A DNA stretch of 64,000 nt, taken from the NCBI RefSeq assembly GCF_036321535.1, contig NC_087437.1:2294001-2358000 (forward strand), written 5' to 3'. Positions 26,971 through 39,456 of the stretch are shown in pieces (the stretch's first letter is position 1; the number at the start of each line of letters is the position of its first letter). The translations under genes and the position numbers were made by a program. The notes beneath the pieces were generated by a model that ran no database searches, was not told where the DNA came from, and saw nothing but the letters and a program-made list of their open reading frames with translations. This stretch comes from Camelus dromedarius. Lineage: Eukaryota.

Positions 26971-28844
26971 CTCAAAGCCGGCAAAGCAACAGCAGCTGAG
27001 GGACACAACCACTTTTTACAACTTCCCCTATCCTACCCCAGGCAGAAAAGAGGAGAACCCTGCACATACTCCTCTCCTCACTTTTTTTTTTTAGTTCTAG
27101 CTAGACAGCTGTGAAACATACAAGATATTTTTAAATCTAGTCAAGTGCTTGGTTGGGTACCTATATTGAATTGCAGCAGAATACTTAAAATTATTCAATG
27201 AGGCAAACATTTGGCTTTGTGATTCCAATTAAAACACTGCATGTTTATGGGGATTTTTCCATTACAAAATGCCCGAAGGGCAAGATATTCATCTGACCAG
27301 AGACACTTTAAGAGTTAAGCACTGAGCAAATTGTTAACTGTTAGACAGAGGTTATAAAATGTAATAATATAGAAAAGTAACACTTCATTGAAAGTATACT
27401 TATGTAGCAAATAAACACATCATTTCAGAGCTCACCATTAGTTTTCTTTCTTCCATACATACTGTGTGAGTGTTTAAAATTTGTGGCTGAGTTCCACACC
27501 AAATGAAAATAGTATAGAAAATGTTACCGTATGAAATGTTATACAGTATCCTGAATATATGAAGTTCCCTAGTGATACAATTAAAAACACTAAGATCTGT
27601 CACTGCTTCCCGCCCCCACCCTCCAAAAAGTCAGGCAAAAGATGAAATTCTCATAAACCAATAGTAAGTATATGGAAAAACTTTCAAATTCACTAGAAGT
27701 CAAAAAGTAAGCCCATAGATAAGTAACTAAGATTTCATCATTTACCTCTTAAACAAGCACATTTTTCCAAACCAGGCATAATACCCTGAATAACAACAGC
27801 ATGGATAGAGCAGCTTTCTAGGACCCTTTACCAGAACGCTCTGCTAGCAGTGTTTCACAATTAAAGAAAAAGTGATAAAAGTAAAAAATAGTAGGAACAT
27901 CCATCACACTCTCCATGACAAACTTTGTGCCAGTATGCCTCAGATCCATGCAAGTCCCACGAACCAGGTGGCATTATTACAGCATCTGTCACATTATACA
28001 TAGAAAGAAAAGAGTCCAGCAGCCCCATGGGGCCTGGCAGCTGGTGGCCCCACGTTCATGGGCTTGGGGCTGATCAGTGCAAGTAAGGCAAACCAGACCC
28101 TCCAGGGTCCACCGTCCTCAGAGACAGAGGGAGTAGGGGTAGGGGGTGCTCAAGAGACTTGGGGAGCGCCCCTGTGAGACAGGACTGATGGGTCCTCACA
28201 AGAGTGAAGAGAAACTGAACCAGCAAGTCTGAAAAGAGATCGGGCTGGGAACCAGCCCTCTGCGAGAGATGTCCCCTCCCACGTGCAACCTACTTGAATG
28301 CAGGTGAATGCAGATGAATGGGTGGCTGTGGCCAGAAGAGATGGGAATTTAAAAGGGAGTCTAGGAAAAATGAGTAAACTTCACATCAAATTTTACAAAA
28401 GAACCTTAAAAAAAAAAGAAAAGCCAGTTCTCTAGTCACCATGAATTTTGTGACGAGCTCATGAAACTGACCTGTGAGAAAAGACTAGACTAGGAAGTGA
28501 GCCACAGTCCAGCAGCCCTGTCCCTGCAGCCTCCCTCTGATACCCACCCCCCAGGCTCCCGGCATACCAGGGATACCCTCCACCTCGGAAGTCCTGGCTC
28601 TGCTGCTTTGCCTGAGCAACTCCCACTTCCCCTCCCAACTGCAGTTCAAATGTCACTTCAGGTTTGGCTGGAGAATGGAGTACAGACAGAGGAGCAGGTA
28701 AGGATACACAGGTAGGCTGGACCAGAGTCCTTCCACCAGGGTAAGAAATCTGGATTTTGTTAAAAAAAAAAAAAAAAGCTATGAGGACACCAGGGAAGGT
28801 ATGCCAGGAGTGACATGTCTCTGGCTGTGTTTTCAGTCAGTGAT

Positions 28845-29020
28845 AAACACTCTGGGGTGTCTGGATTCAATCTCGCCACTTACTACCCAGCGACTGAGTG
28901 ACTGGGTAAATAAATCTGTGCCTCCCTTCCCATCTGCAGAATGGGTTAAGCCAGTACTCAAACCTCAAGACTATTATGAAAATCAAAGACTTAATGTTTA
29001 AATTGGTACCTGGCACATGG
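28845..29020 (+). mobile_element. MIR SINE relic
   Basis: ctggattcaatctcgccacttacta...gagtgactgggtaaa...tctgtgcctcccttcccatctgcagaatggg. Confidence 0.6.
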
Positions 29021-29117
29021 GACCTTCATGGATTCTACACTCCCCCTTAACACCCAATCTATCCTCTAATTCATTCATTCAACAAACATTTACCACGCCC
29101 CCACTACGCTCTACACC

Positions 29118-29416
29118 TTAGCTGTCCGGTATGGCAGCCACTAGTCACAAGTGGCCCCTCAGTGCTTGAAATGCAACTATCTGGGACTGAGATAAGCTGC
29201 AAATGCAAAGCACATGCAAGATTTCAAGGACTTAGTACAAAAAACAGAATATAGACTATATCAATAAATTTTTAATTTTAAAATAATGTATTTTAGATAT
29301 ATTGGGTAAAATAAGATACCAAAATTAATGTTTCTTTTTTTCTATTTTTCAAACTGTGACTCCTAAAAGCTTAAATTACATAAGTGGCTTGTTTTATAAT
29401 CTACTGGACAGTGCTG
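29118..29416. mobile_element. MER33/MER3-like hAT-Charlie element
   Basis: Ends gctgtcc...ggacagtgctg; internal gcagccactagtcacaagtggc and gatttcaaggacttagtac. Confidence 0.7.
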
Positions 29417-31539
29417 TTCTAGAAAAAGTTCTTAGCATTAAAGACACAAGAGAAGATGAAGGGCAAAGTCTCTGGCCTCCTGGAGTTTGTATTTTATTGC
29501 TGGTTGGGAGAGGACACGATCCCTCACAAAATAAATAAGTGAATTCGGTAATGTCAGAAAATGATCAGTGTTCTGAAGAAAATAAAACAAGGAAAGAGAA
29601 ATTGGGAGTGGAGGGGAGCTGTGTCTTCCACCTCACCTCCCGTCTCTCACAACAGAGAGTGCAGCCAGGTCTCCTGTCAAGCACGAGCTCAGATAGACTA
29701 GCAGCGGCCGTCCTGAGCACGTGCTGTTGTTACATTCACACACCCCCAGGCTAACCTGAGCGGGTCAGAAAGCCCGGCGCTCTGCCTGCCCCGGCGGGAG
29801 CCCAGGCGGGAGCACAGAGAGGACCGCCGTGTGCGCCCGGTTCTATGAACTGCATCCCCCATCCATCCACTCAAGCCAGAAACTCTCTCTCACCCCCACC
29901 TCCCTATACACACAAGCTACATTCTGAGACTGGCCTCAGGAATGTCTCACAAATCCCACTGTTAATTTGTTTACTCTGTCAGGCTCTAACTCAGAAGAAA
30001 GTGAAAGTGATGAAGGGGCGATTCTGCAGCACCCGAGGCTTACCCAGTCTCTGTGCCCTCTCCCCACTGTTGCCGGTCTGCTTCCTTATCACAGGTTCAA
30101 GGTCAGCATCGCTTTAAGAGATCCAGAGCTTCCAGGTTTACATGTCACCTCATCTCACTGCCCACCAGGTCTCTCCATCCCGTGGCCCCATACATGGCCT
30201 CCCTCTGAGCTGCACTGACAGTCCCCAGGCAGAAGTGCTCCCCCGTCTAGAATGCGGTCCCTCTTCTCCTCTTTTCTGCTCCTAGAAATCTTGGATTCAA
30301 TCTAATGTCATCTTCTCTAAGAAACCTTCCCAGAATCTTGCAGTGAGCTGCTCCCCTGCTCCATTTCTTTCCTACTGTTCTGCTGTTAACACAGCAAACA
30401 TGCGCTGTGCTGAAGCAATCAGCACATCCTCACAACTAGAACCCTTGAGGGAAGGACTGGTCATACTTGTTTAAATATTCTCATGAATACAACAATGCAA
30501 AGGCTTAAAATAGACAAAAAATAAGTGGATGAGTGAAGCAGAGAGGCCCGTGAACCCCCTGCCCACAACCCTCCCATCCAGATGAGGGGCTCCTCAGGAG
30601 CTGCTGGGCCCCCCACAACTGTGCGAGAAGGACTTCTCTGCTCTGAAGGGCGAGACAGCCAGCATGCCTCTCTCACTCTTCTCTTTCATGCCAGCACATA
30701 AAGGCATTCAATAAATATTTTATTCAATGAGTGTGCAGATGAACAAGCATTATCAGACATCAAGTTCCCCATCTCAATTTATAGAGGGGACACCTGCGAC
30801 CCAGAGAAGTTTTATCTTTTGTCCCAAAAGGTCAGTGGCAAAATCAAGACTGGGACAGTCTCCTATCTTACACCCAACATGGCACATTTTCTTCTGATGA
30901 AAAGGTCCTGAAGTAGGCATTTGTCACCTTTTGGTCACTCAGTATCTGGACACCCATCATGGTTGTGGCAGTCACAGAAGACAGAAAAAGCCGTGTCTCC
31001 TACTATAAAAGCCAAACAGTAACAAAACTTCTCTCATCCTCACTCCCTGCTAGCAACCCAAGTTTGAATGGTCAAACGTTCCTGCTCAGCCTGAGAACTG
31101 GAGGCGCAGCTCCTGCAAGGCGCACGGGCAGTGTGAGCGTGCTCCCCGCAGGGAAGGGAAGATGAAGCTCACACAGCAACTGACTGCAAAGAGCCAGAAG
31201 CGGTGAGACCGGGCCTACGGCTTGACCCGGCTGTGTCCTCTGCTGCTGCCTGCCACGTTGCCTCCTACTTATTTCTCTAGCACAGCCTCCAGCTTTCCAA
31301 TCAATTCTGCGGGCTAACTGATTCATTTTCTGCCTAAATTAGCCAAGGATGGGTTTGTTGTCTGCATCCAAGAACCCTGACTGTCGCACATAAATGAACA
31401 ACAAGGGACAATCACTCAAAAAAGGGGGATGAGAAAAGGAACAACGAAAGAAAATGTTACACAGAATAAACCAAGGCCCTGCTGGTGTTTACAGTGGCCA
31501 CACATGCCACATGGACAAGACTGCTAACCGACAACCAAA

Positions 31540-31880
31540 GGCATTTTTCTTCCCTGACTGAAGCAACTAGTCATTTCCCAGCTTCCCCTGCAGCTAGCAC
31601 GGCCCTGTGACTCAGCTCTGGCCAGCGGAACGGCAACAGAAGCGACGTGTGTACTACCAGGCCTGACCCACAAACCTCCACGCTCTCCCCCAATCCAATG
31701 ACTGAATGCCAAAACCCAGGGCCACCTTTGGGCATCATATGTGAGATAGGAAAAATATCCAGTTTGGTCCCTGAGTGACTGTATGGAGCAAAACAGTTAT
31801 TGCCAGTCACTGGGCTATTACATAAACAAGAAATAAATTTCTAATTTAAATCAATGAAATGTCACATGTCTGTTACACCA
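31540..31880 (+). mobile_element. MaLR (MLT1-type) solo LTR relic
   Basis: catttcccagcttcccctgcagctag...ggtccctgagtgactgtatggagca...aagaaataaatttct...tgttaca. Confidence 0.6.
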
Positions 31881-33145
31881 GTTAGCGTAGCACAATGAAA
31901 ACAGAAAGTAACACCTGCCTAGGGAAGTTAGCAAATACTTCACTGAAAACAATGATCAGATGTATGTCACTTGCCACTAGTAAGGTAATACAAACAAAGC
32001 TACCATCCGAAAGTTAAGAAATGTGTTTTTTATTTTGAAAGGACTTTTTCTTGGTGATTAAGTACAAAAGTAGAGGGTGAGAGGGAGTAAATTAACGTGA
32101 CTCTTTAAATCAAGTGACATAATCCCTTTTTTATATGCATTTCCTTCCTTTGTTCAACATCTGGATTCAAAGGAACTCAGTATATAAATTTTTTTCCAGG
32201 ATAAACCATGAACTATATACTAGAAGCATGTTAAACCTTCCTATCTGCCTATAAATTTTCATTATGGAAAGAAAGTTGTATCATACAAGGTGCCACCTGC
32301 TCAATAGCTCACTTGGAGGGCTCTTTCTTACAGATGACATCCCAACCTCTAAAGATCTGGATTCATTTAGGCCTAAAATAGGGACCAGACATCAATATTT
32401 TTCAAAGATTTACCAGGTGATCAGATTACAGGGTGCCTCCACTAGAAGAATTTTGATGAAAACTTGTAAGATTTAAAATAATGATGATATAGCACAAAAG
32501 TGCTTTAATATTTGCCATGAAATCATAATTTTAAAAATCTACAATGGTAACTCATAACTGATGGGAAGACTTACACTAAAATTCTTTCCAAAATATTTTA
32601 TGTTAGTATTGTATGTAATAAACACTCAACTGTACAACCCCTAATTCTCTGCATTTTGAGGAACCAAGTCAACTAACAGGTCACAACGTGAAAGAAAATA
32701 ATCAGAAAACATTTTTTTAAAACTCTTGGATAGAAGGAAATATTTAGACAGAGGGAAAAATCCATGTCTTAACAGCTCTTAAGGAGTATTTCTGAAGAGT
32801 GGGACTCTAAGGAAATAGGAGCAACTCTCATTATCTAATCTGTATACACTTTTATTAGATCACATTTGAAAAATCACCATGAACAATTCACACTACTATA
32901 AAACACCAACAACAAATGCTCTTCTGAAAGCAGAACAGGCTCCCCACCTCGAAGAAAAACTTCCTTAGTCACCTCCACCTCTGAGTTACCACGGTAACCC
33001 ACACCTAGTGGATGGAAACTATCCTCTCTGCACCAAAGTTCCAACCATCTGTCATCCCTGGTGGCTTCTGAAATCGAGCTTTATTTTCTAACTCTGAGGC
33101 TGAACCGCTACCTTCAAGTACAATGGCTGGCAAGATCTTGAGCAA

Positions 33146-33325
33146 GAGGGCAGCTAACTTTTTCTTAAAGCCAGAGTGTAAATATTTTAGGCTTTATTGA
33201 GGATACACTGTTGTAATTAATCAACTCTGTCCTTACAGCATAAAAGCTGCCACAGACAATACATAAGCCAATGAGTGTGACTGTATATTTATTAAAAAGA
33301 AGCAACAGGCTGGATTCAGGTCTTG
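33146..33325. mobile_element. MER58-like DNA transposon relic
   Basis: aactttttcttaaagccagagtgtaaatattttaggcttt...aaagctgccacagacaatac. Confidence 0.7.
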
Positions 33326-35454
33326 AGGCTTCAGAGGCAGCAAAGTTAGCGTGAGGCACTGAAATTATATATACACACACACACACTTATATACCTATAT
33401 ATTACCTATCTACATCATATAAAATATTGTATGTTTATATGTTTATTTATATAGTACCTGTGTTTGTGTTATTATCTCTTTTACTCCAACTATAATACAA
33501 AGCCCTTAAGGATGCTGCTTCATTCACTGACAAATCTTTGGTGAGTGGGCACACGATGGCACACAAAAACCATCACTGCCTGGCTCAACAAACTCACCTC
33601 CTGAGACCCAAACACAGATTAACAGGAAGGAGGGGGATACAAAAGAACCAATTTTCTCCGGCCAGGAGTAGAGAGATTATTAAACACAAACCTAGGTTTC
33701 TATAGTCAAATGGCAAGCACCCTCGCCTCCCTTGCCAAGGCATCACTGTAACTGATGAGGACGATGAGTGCTAACAATGAGGGACAGTCACAGGACTAAC
33801 AGCAACCAGAGGAGCTGTGACTTTTATCAAGAACTGCAGGCAGCAGATTTGCCAAGGAGGCCACCACAGGAGAGCTCCTTCCGCCAGTCCTGGACGTGGT
33901 GCTCCATCAGCAAGAAGGGAGAGCACCAGCCAGGGCTTCCTGGGGGTGGCATCCCCAAGCCCAGGGCTCATGGCAGGCAACAGGGACACTCTGCAAAGTC
34001 TAGCCTCAGCTCAACTAACTCACAGTGTGATGACCCTGGCCTTTCTCAAGGCTAAGATGCCCTTCCAGTAAAGGAGGGATGATAAATCATTCCAACACCT
34101 ATGAGAGGTTCATGTGAGCAAACTAACGTGAGCACATTTCACAAACTCTAAAACACCACATATATTCAATGATAAAGGATGTGAAAGTTGCCTTCACGCT
34201 ATGAATTCGCAAATGTCAGGATACACATACTTTAATAGCTGGAAAACAGTACCAACTTTCCTATTAACTACTTTATTAAATAGGAAAATAATGTCAATTA
34301 ATATTTTTTAAAGGCCCCCATGGACCTGAAGGCTATTTTCATTTTGAATTTTTGAAAAATGCCACTTGCCAGGTTTGTTTCCTGAGCTCTACCTGCTGCA
34401 GTGAGTACTTAATAGTAATGCATTTAGTTCAACGTGTCTTAGAAAAAAAGTTAATATGCCTGTGTTTTCAGATACATATAATACTCAGGAGGTAGTTAAA
34501 TTAAGTGCAGTAAAATCAATTTTATGCAAAATGAGTGAACGGAGAAGCCTGGTACTCAGGAAAACTTTCTCAAACTTTCAGTTATAAAACGTTCATCCAT
34601 ATTAACTATCAATAAACACGGATGGTATGAAGGGACACTAGCAACAACTCTCCTGCATGATACTACGTGCTTTTCTTAATGCTAAAGACAGTTCTGGTAG
34701 TAAAATCTACTCACCGTTTTAAAAGCAAGGAAGCCCTCCCCCTAAACAAATGACAAGAGCAGAGTGCTAAGCTCCCCCCTCTCCCTGGCCCCCTGGCCAG
34801 TCTTTTACACAGAGCTTCCTGGTTTCACATGGACACCCATCATTCCTCTCCCCCAACTGGGAAGAAATGTTAAGTTGTTTTGGATATTAGAATAGATTTG
34901 CAAGATCTTATGCACGGCTGTGGTTGGCACTATCAACTAGGCTATTCCACAGACACACATGTTCATTTGAAACAAGTCAAATGAAACTGAAGTAAAGCAC
35001 TCCCTTGGAGAGGCCATCCCTGGCCTTTCTAGAGAAGACTGCACCCGCCTCCCACATCATCTGTTTGCTTTGATGTTTACTGTGTATCTCCAGCCACTAG
35101 AATCCAAGCTCCATGAAACCAAGGGCTTTGTCCTCTAGTATGCACCTAATACCGAGAGGAAATGCTCGGCATGACAAATGCTTAATAAATGCGTGTTGCT
35201 CATCTCACCATTTTCTTAAACTACCTGACATCTAGTAGAATATCCACTGGTTACTAAGTGATCATAAAAAGTTCCATCATTCTCGGGTAGGCATTCTGCA
35301 AGTTGTAATAATTTAACAGAATTGCTTTGGTTCCGCTGTATTTATTTTTACTCCTACCTTCAAGACAAGTGAGGCTGATGTTCTTATAACTGTATAATAT
35401 TATTATAGTTTCCTTAGGAGTGTTAAACAATTGAGTGCATTTAAGGAAAAATTA

Positions 35455-35610
35455 TTAGAGACAGTACAGAGTAGTGCTAAAAGCACCGACCCTTGAACCA
35501 CAATGTCCAGGCTTGAATTCCAGCTCCACCACTTATCAGCTGCTTCCCTGGGCACCTCTCTTAACTTTCTGTGCCCTAGCTTCCTCATTAGTAAGAGAGA
35601 AATGATCGTC
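35455..35610 (+). mobile_element. MIR SINE relic
   Basis: ttgaattccagctccaccacttatcagctg...cttaactttctgtgccctagcttcctcattagtaa. Confidence 0.7.
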
Positions 35611-36609
35611 ATATTATCACCTCCCAGTTCTCCAGCCCTTTCACTCTTCCTTCAAACACTTTCAGAACAGCACCTGCCCAGAAAAGCCCTGTTGTTGACC
35701 ACTGTCAGCCCCCCTTGAAGGGGCTGCTCAAGCTCTCTCTCCTCTCGTGGTAGAGTGAGACCAACATCTATTGATTCGCTATTCATTTTGGCATTTTCTA
35801 CTTCGAGGTTCTACTTATTTATCCAGAAGCAAACTAACTTACCCCACACACACACACCTCAAAGGATGCCTTTCCTGACCTGCCATCTCCACCAGCAACA
35901 CTCTCCCACTCGTCCAGGCTTAACACCATGCTTCTCTAATGCTCCTTCACCCCCCACCTTGCATGACTCATCATTCTCTAAGTTCTGCCTAGGAACCCCT
36001 TCATGCCCATCTTCTCTGTTCTTTTACCTCTTAACTGTTCATAGACAGTAAGTTCCATGAGAACAGAGGCAGATTCTGTAATTTTCATAGGTTTATCTAT
36101 TCCTAATACATAGTAAAGGGTTTTGTATCTAGTAGGCTCAGTAAGTATTTGTTTAATATAAACTAATGCACACCAGGCTTACTACAATCACTTCTAGGAC
36201 TCCAGACTCCAATCCTTCCTTAAGTTACAAATCATTCATAAAATGTCTCATACCTACAACTTGTTTGCTCAGACACACTCATTAACATATTCAATTCAAG
36301 TAACCACTAGTTATAAAGCACTACAGGTGGTTTGGGGGAGGGAAGAAAGATCTGGGGCATGATTCCAACAGTGAGTCCTCTCCATGTCTTCAAAAATATT
36401 ACAAGAATGTGTAAGAAACAGCCACGTAAATATTTACAATAAAAGGTAAATAGACATTAATTCTGATTAGTAGGTGGTTTTTAATAAAGACAATACAAGC
36501 AAAGGAAAGGAAAAGGGGGCATTCCAAGACATGGGAAGAACACAAGTAAGAAGCATCAAAGTGTTATGTTCAGGAAACATCACTGGGGGAGGGGACAGGT
36601 GAAGGGTCA

Positions 36610-36815
36610 ACTGAGTCCACTCAAAATTCCTGTTAAAGTCTAACCTCAAGCACCACAGAATGTGACTTTATTTGGAACTGCCCTTATTTGAAAATAGGGT
36701 CATTGTGATGTTATGAGTTAAGATAAGGTCATTAGGGTGGGCCCTAATCCAGTATGGCTGATGTCCTTGTAAGAAGAGGAAATCTGGACAGAGAGACAGG
36801 CGCACAGGGAGAACA
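36610..36815 (+). mobile_element. MLT1B/C-type LTR, 5' part only, truncated at the HERC2 segment boundary
   Basis: cagaatgtgactttatttgga...gagttaagataaggtcattagggtgggccctaatccagtatggctgatgtccttgtaagaagaggaaat...cagggagaac, then unrelated sequence. Confidence 0.75.
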
Positions 36816-36844
36816 GGGCAAAGCGGGGTCAGGACAGGACCCAC

Positions 36845-36923
36845 CTTCACCGGTCAGAGCCAAGGCCTGGGCATCTCTGCTTCCACACGCCACCTGGATC
36901 ACTCTGTGACCAAGGACGTTCAC
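36845..36923 (-). pseudogene. HERC2: HERC2-like exon, 79 bp: VNVLGHRVIQVACGSRDAQALALTGE(G)
   Basis: gtag| acceptor and |gtgggt donor; one codon shorter than recalled HERC2 (VKVLLGHRV...); ends in phase 1. Confidence 0.9.
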
Positions 36924-37107
36924 CTACTCAGTTACAAATGCAGAAACAAATCAAGCACAGGCACAGAGACAGCAGGGGGGTTTCTCCCCACAGACTGAGA
37001 GCCATACTGCACAGGGTGTCATGACCTGTCTGAGACTCAGAGCTTATCTCCTCTGGAAATCAGCAGATGGGAAGCTTTCTGAAAGCAACAGAAATGTGTA
37101 TAATCAC

Positions 37108-37285
37108 CATCCGTGGCTTCAGCTGTGTTGTACTGTCCCCGTGTCCCAGGCGGCCGTACTCTCCGAGGCCCCAGGTGTACAGTTCACCGCTGGATGTCAG
37201 GGCTGCGCTGTGTGAGCTCCCGCAGGCAATGTCCCAGATCCGCTTGGTTTTCAGGGCCTCTGTCAGCAGGGGCTTGTCACAGTTC
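37108..37285 (-). pseudogene. HERC2: HERC2-like exon, 178 bp: [59 protein letters not shown]
   Basis: ctctag| acceptor and |gtgatt donor are intact; classic RCC1 repeat in an open frame. Confidence 0.93.
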
Positions 37286-37594
37286 CTAGAGCAAGATCAA
37301 GTAATATTCCCTATAATCAATTCAGCCTTTTGGAAAGAAGAAAAAAATGGACATCTGCATGAACCCACGTTTAGTCAAAACAACAGCTATAGATCAGCTG
37401 AACTATCAAAACTTAGAACAGAATATGTGAGGCCAAGTCACATTCATGGAGATTTTTTAAAAATATATTTTTCAGTTCTATCTTCATAAATAACCTCTCC
37501 TATTCAATTTTCCACAAAACAACTTTCAAAGGGCCTTCACTTTTATGATCAGTAACAGTTTCTTATTAACACGTAATGAAGAAAATATTCTTAA

Positions 37595-37685
37595 AGTCTG
37601 CTGAAGTGTCCGAGTTTGCCATCATCACCTTCACCCCAAGAAAACACTTTCCCATCGATGGTTAAAGCCGCAGCGTGCCACCCAC
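37595..37685 (-). pseudogene. HERC2: HERC2-like exon, 91 bp: (G)[29 protein letters not shown]
   Basis: ctgcag| acceptor; RCC1 motif VFSWG..GKLG; the donor reads ttaaga (GT changed to TT). Confidence 0.9.
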
Positions 37686-39127
37686 CTGCAGCATTCACAC
37701 ACACAGGGGCTGCCCGAGCTGGCTGCCCAGAGGTTAACGGCGTACCTACCCACTGTGCCTGGCAGCCAGTATGGACTCAATGAATCTGTGCTGAATAAAT
37801 GAGTAAAGAGGGTCAGCATTTCAGGGCATCAAGTACATAAAATAAGTGAATGATTATTAAACTACAAAGTGGAAACCCCAGAAAGAATTTTACTTGCCAA
37901 GAAGTGGCAAAATAATGCTATTTATTTAATGGGGTTGCTGCTATGTCAAATACAGAAAAGATCAAAATTCAGATGAAAAAAGTAAAAATAAGTACCTTTG
38001 TGATCAGGCAAATTGTCAAATGCAGAGGCAATCAGGCTTTGGAGAAATGCAGTGGGATTATTTAAGCAAAAGTACCATCGACTGCAGTTAAGGCACTACG
38101 CTCACTCTCCCCAAACAACCCGCTCACGCTCCTCCCCCAGCATGGACTGTCCTCCCAGGCTATCCACCCCACTCAGGACTGAGGAGGGTTTCCTCTGAGC
38201 AGTGACTGCCAGCTCCTAGGCTCCCGGCCTCCAACACTCATCCCACCACCGCTAGAGCCCACGTGATCGAGGGCCATGTGTTCTGCTAAAGCTCACGCTT
38301 CCCTGGCTCCCCTGCCCAGAGAGCACAGTGGCAGAGATGCAACAGAAGTGAGTAAGGCTTCCAGAAAAGCTCTCGGACAGGTCAAATGGGCCTGAGGAAG
38401 CATCTGTCTCGTGTGCTCACCTGCAGCTGCAGGGACGTCTCTCAGCGAGGGTGGACAGCAGGCCAGCACTCCCCGGGGGCACTCAAGCTGCCGCACTGGC
38501 TCTGGACCCCACCTTCAGGCTTTTACAGCGGACTAAAGCTAAACTCTGTCTTGCTCAAGTTGCTACTGTTTGGATTTTTCTGTTATAAGGGGTGAAATCT
38601 AACCCTATTCAGTACAGAGATGAACTGAGTCTGTTGTATCTAATTCAGTTCATTCCTCAGAGGCCTCATATCATGGTTGGAAATAATAGTAAGTTTCCTG
38701 AACTGAAGGGGTATGACTTTTGTAAAAGGTTCTTTCTAATCACCGGGATACACAGACACTGGGAATCTCGTGAAAGTTGCAGGCTCTTTCCCCAGAAAAA
38801 TAACACATACTTAGGCACTGAAGGCGATGATTTCAAAGATGCTATAAACCCCACCACAGCTCCAAGACTGAAACCCCCTCCTTGGAGGGGTATGCCCCAC
38901 ATGCCTGGGATTCCAACAACCACTGGTCCCCAAAAGCCTTGTAGAGCAACAACAATTCAACTCTACACCACCTGGAGCTGTACATTATTCCATTTTTATT
39001 CCTAATAGTTAAGTAAAACTTGAAGAATCCATTGGTACTTTAGGGAAAATTATTTAAGACCTTGAGTTAATTACAGAGCATGAGCAACAGGCTTGTCTGC
39101 ACACAAGTGCCAACCCTGGCCCCGTAC

Positions 39128-39271
39128 CTGAGTGAATGGCCACCTTCTTGACCACGTAACTGCTCAGGGCTGTGATCTGCCAAGGGGTGGGCACAATCCC
39201 GCTGGAGAGGCCCAGCCCCAGCAGGCCGCTGGTGGCTTCCCCACAGGCATACACCTCCCCTTCCACGGTCA
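39128..39271 (-). pseudogene. HERC2: HERC2-like exon, 144 bp: (V)TVEGEVYACGEATSGLLGLGLSSGIVPTPWQITALSSYVVKKVAIHS
   Basis: ggcag| acceptor and |gtacgg donor; RCC1-repeat sequence, with the conserved GRLG motif altered to GLLG. Confidence 0.92.
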
Positions 39272-39374
39272 CTGCCAGGGACAAATGTGAGCAGAGCATT
39301 CACTTTTCACAACAGAACTATGTATTCAGTGCTAAGCACAATTCAAAAACCATTTAACATTAAAGGAGTCATAT

Positions 39375-39456
39375 CTGCAAATAAACTTTTCGAACCACCA
39401 GCCACCTGTACTACTTTCAAAGCAGATAATTTCTCAGAGAACGAAGGAACTTTTAT
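39375..39456 (-). pseudogene. HERC2: HERC2-like exon, 82 bp: IKVPSFSEKLSALKVVQVAGGSKSLFA
   Basis: ttttag| acceptor; the donor reads atatga (GT changed to AT). Confidence 0.9.

Noticed and set aside
37067..37489. 140-aa plus-strand ORF
   Set aside because: It is the antisense shadow of the HERC2 exon plus intron, with no independent coding evidence.
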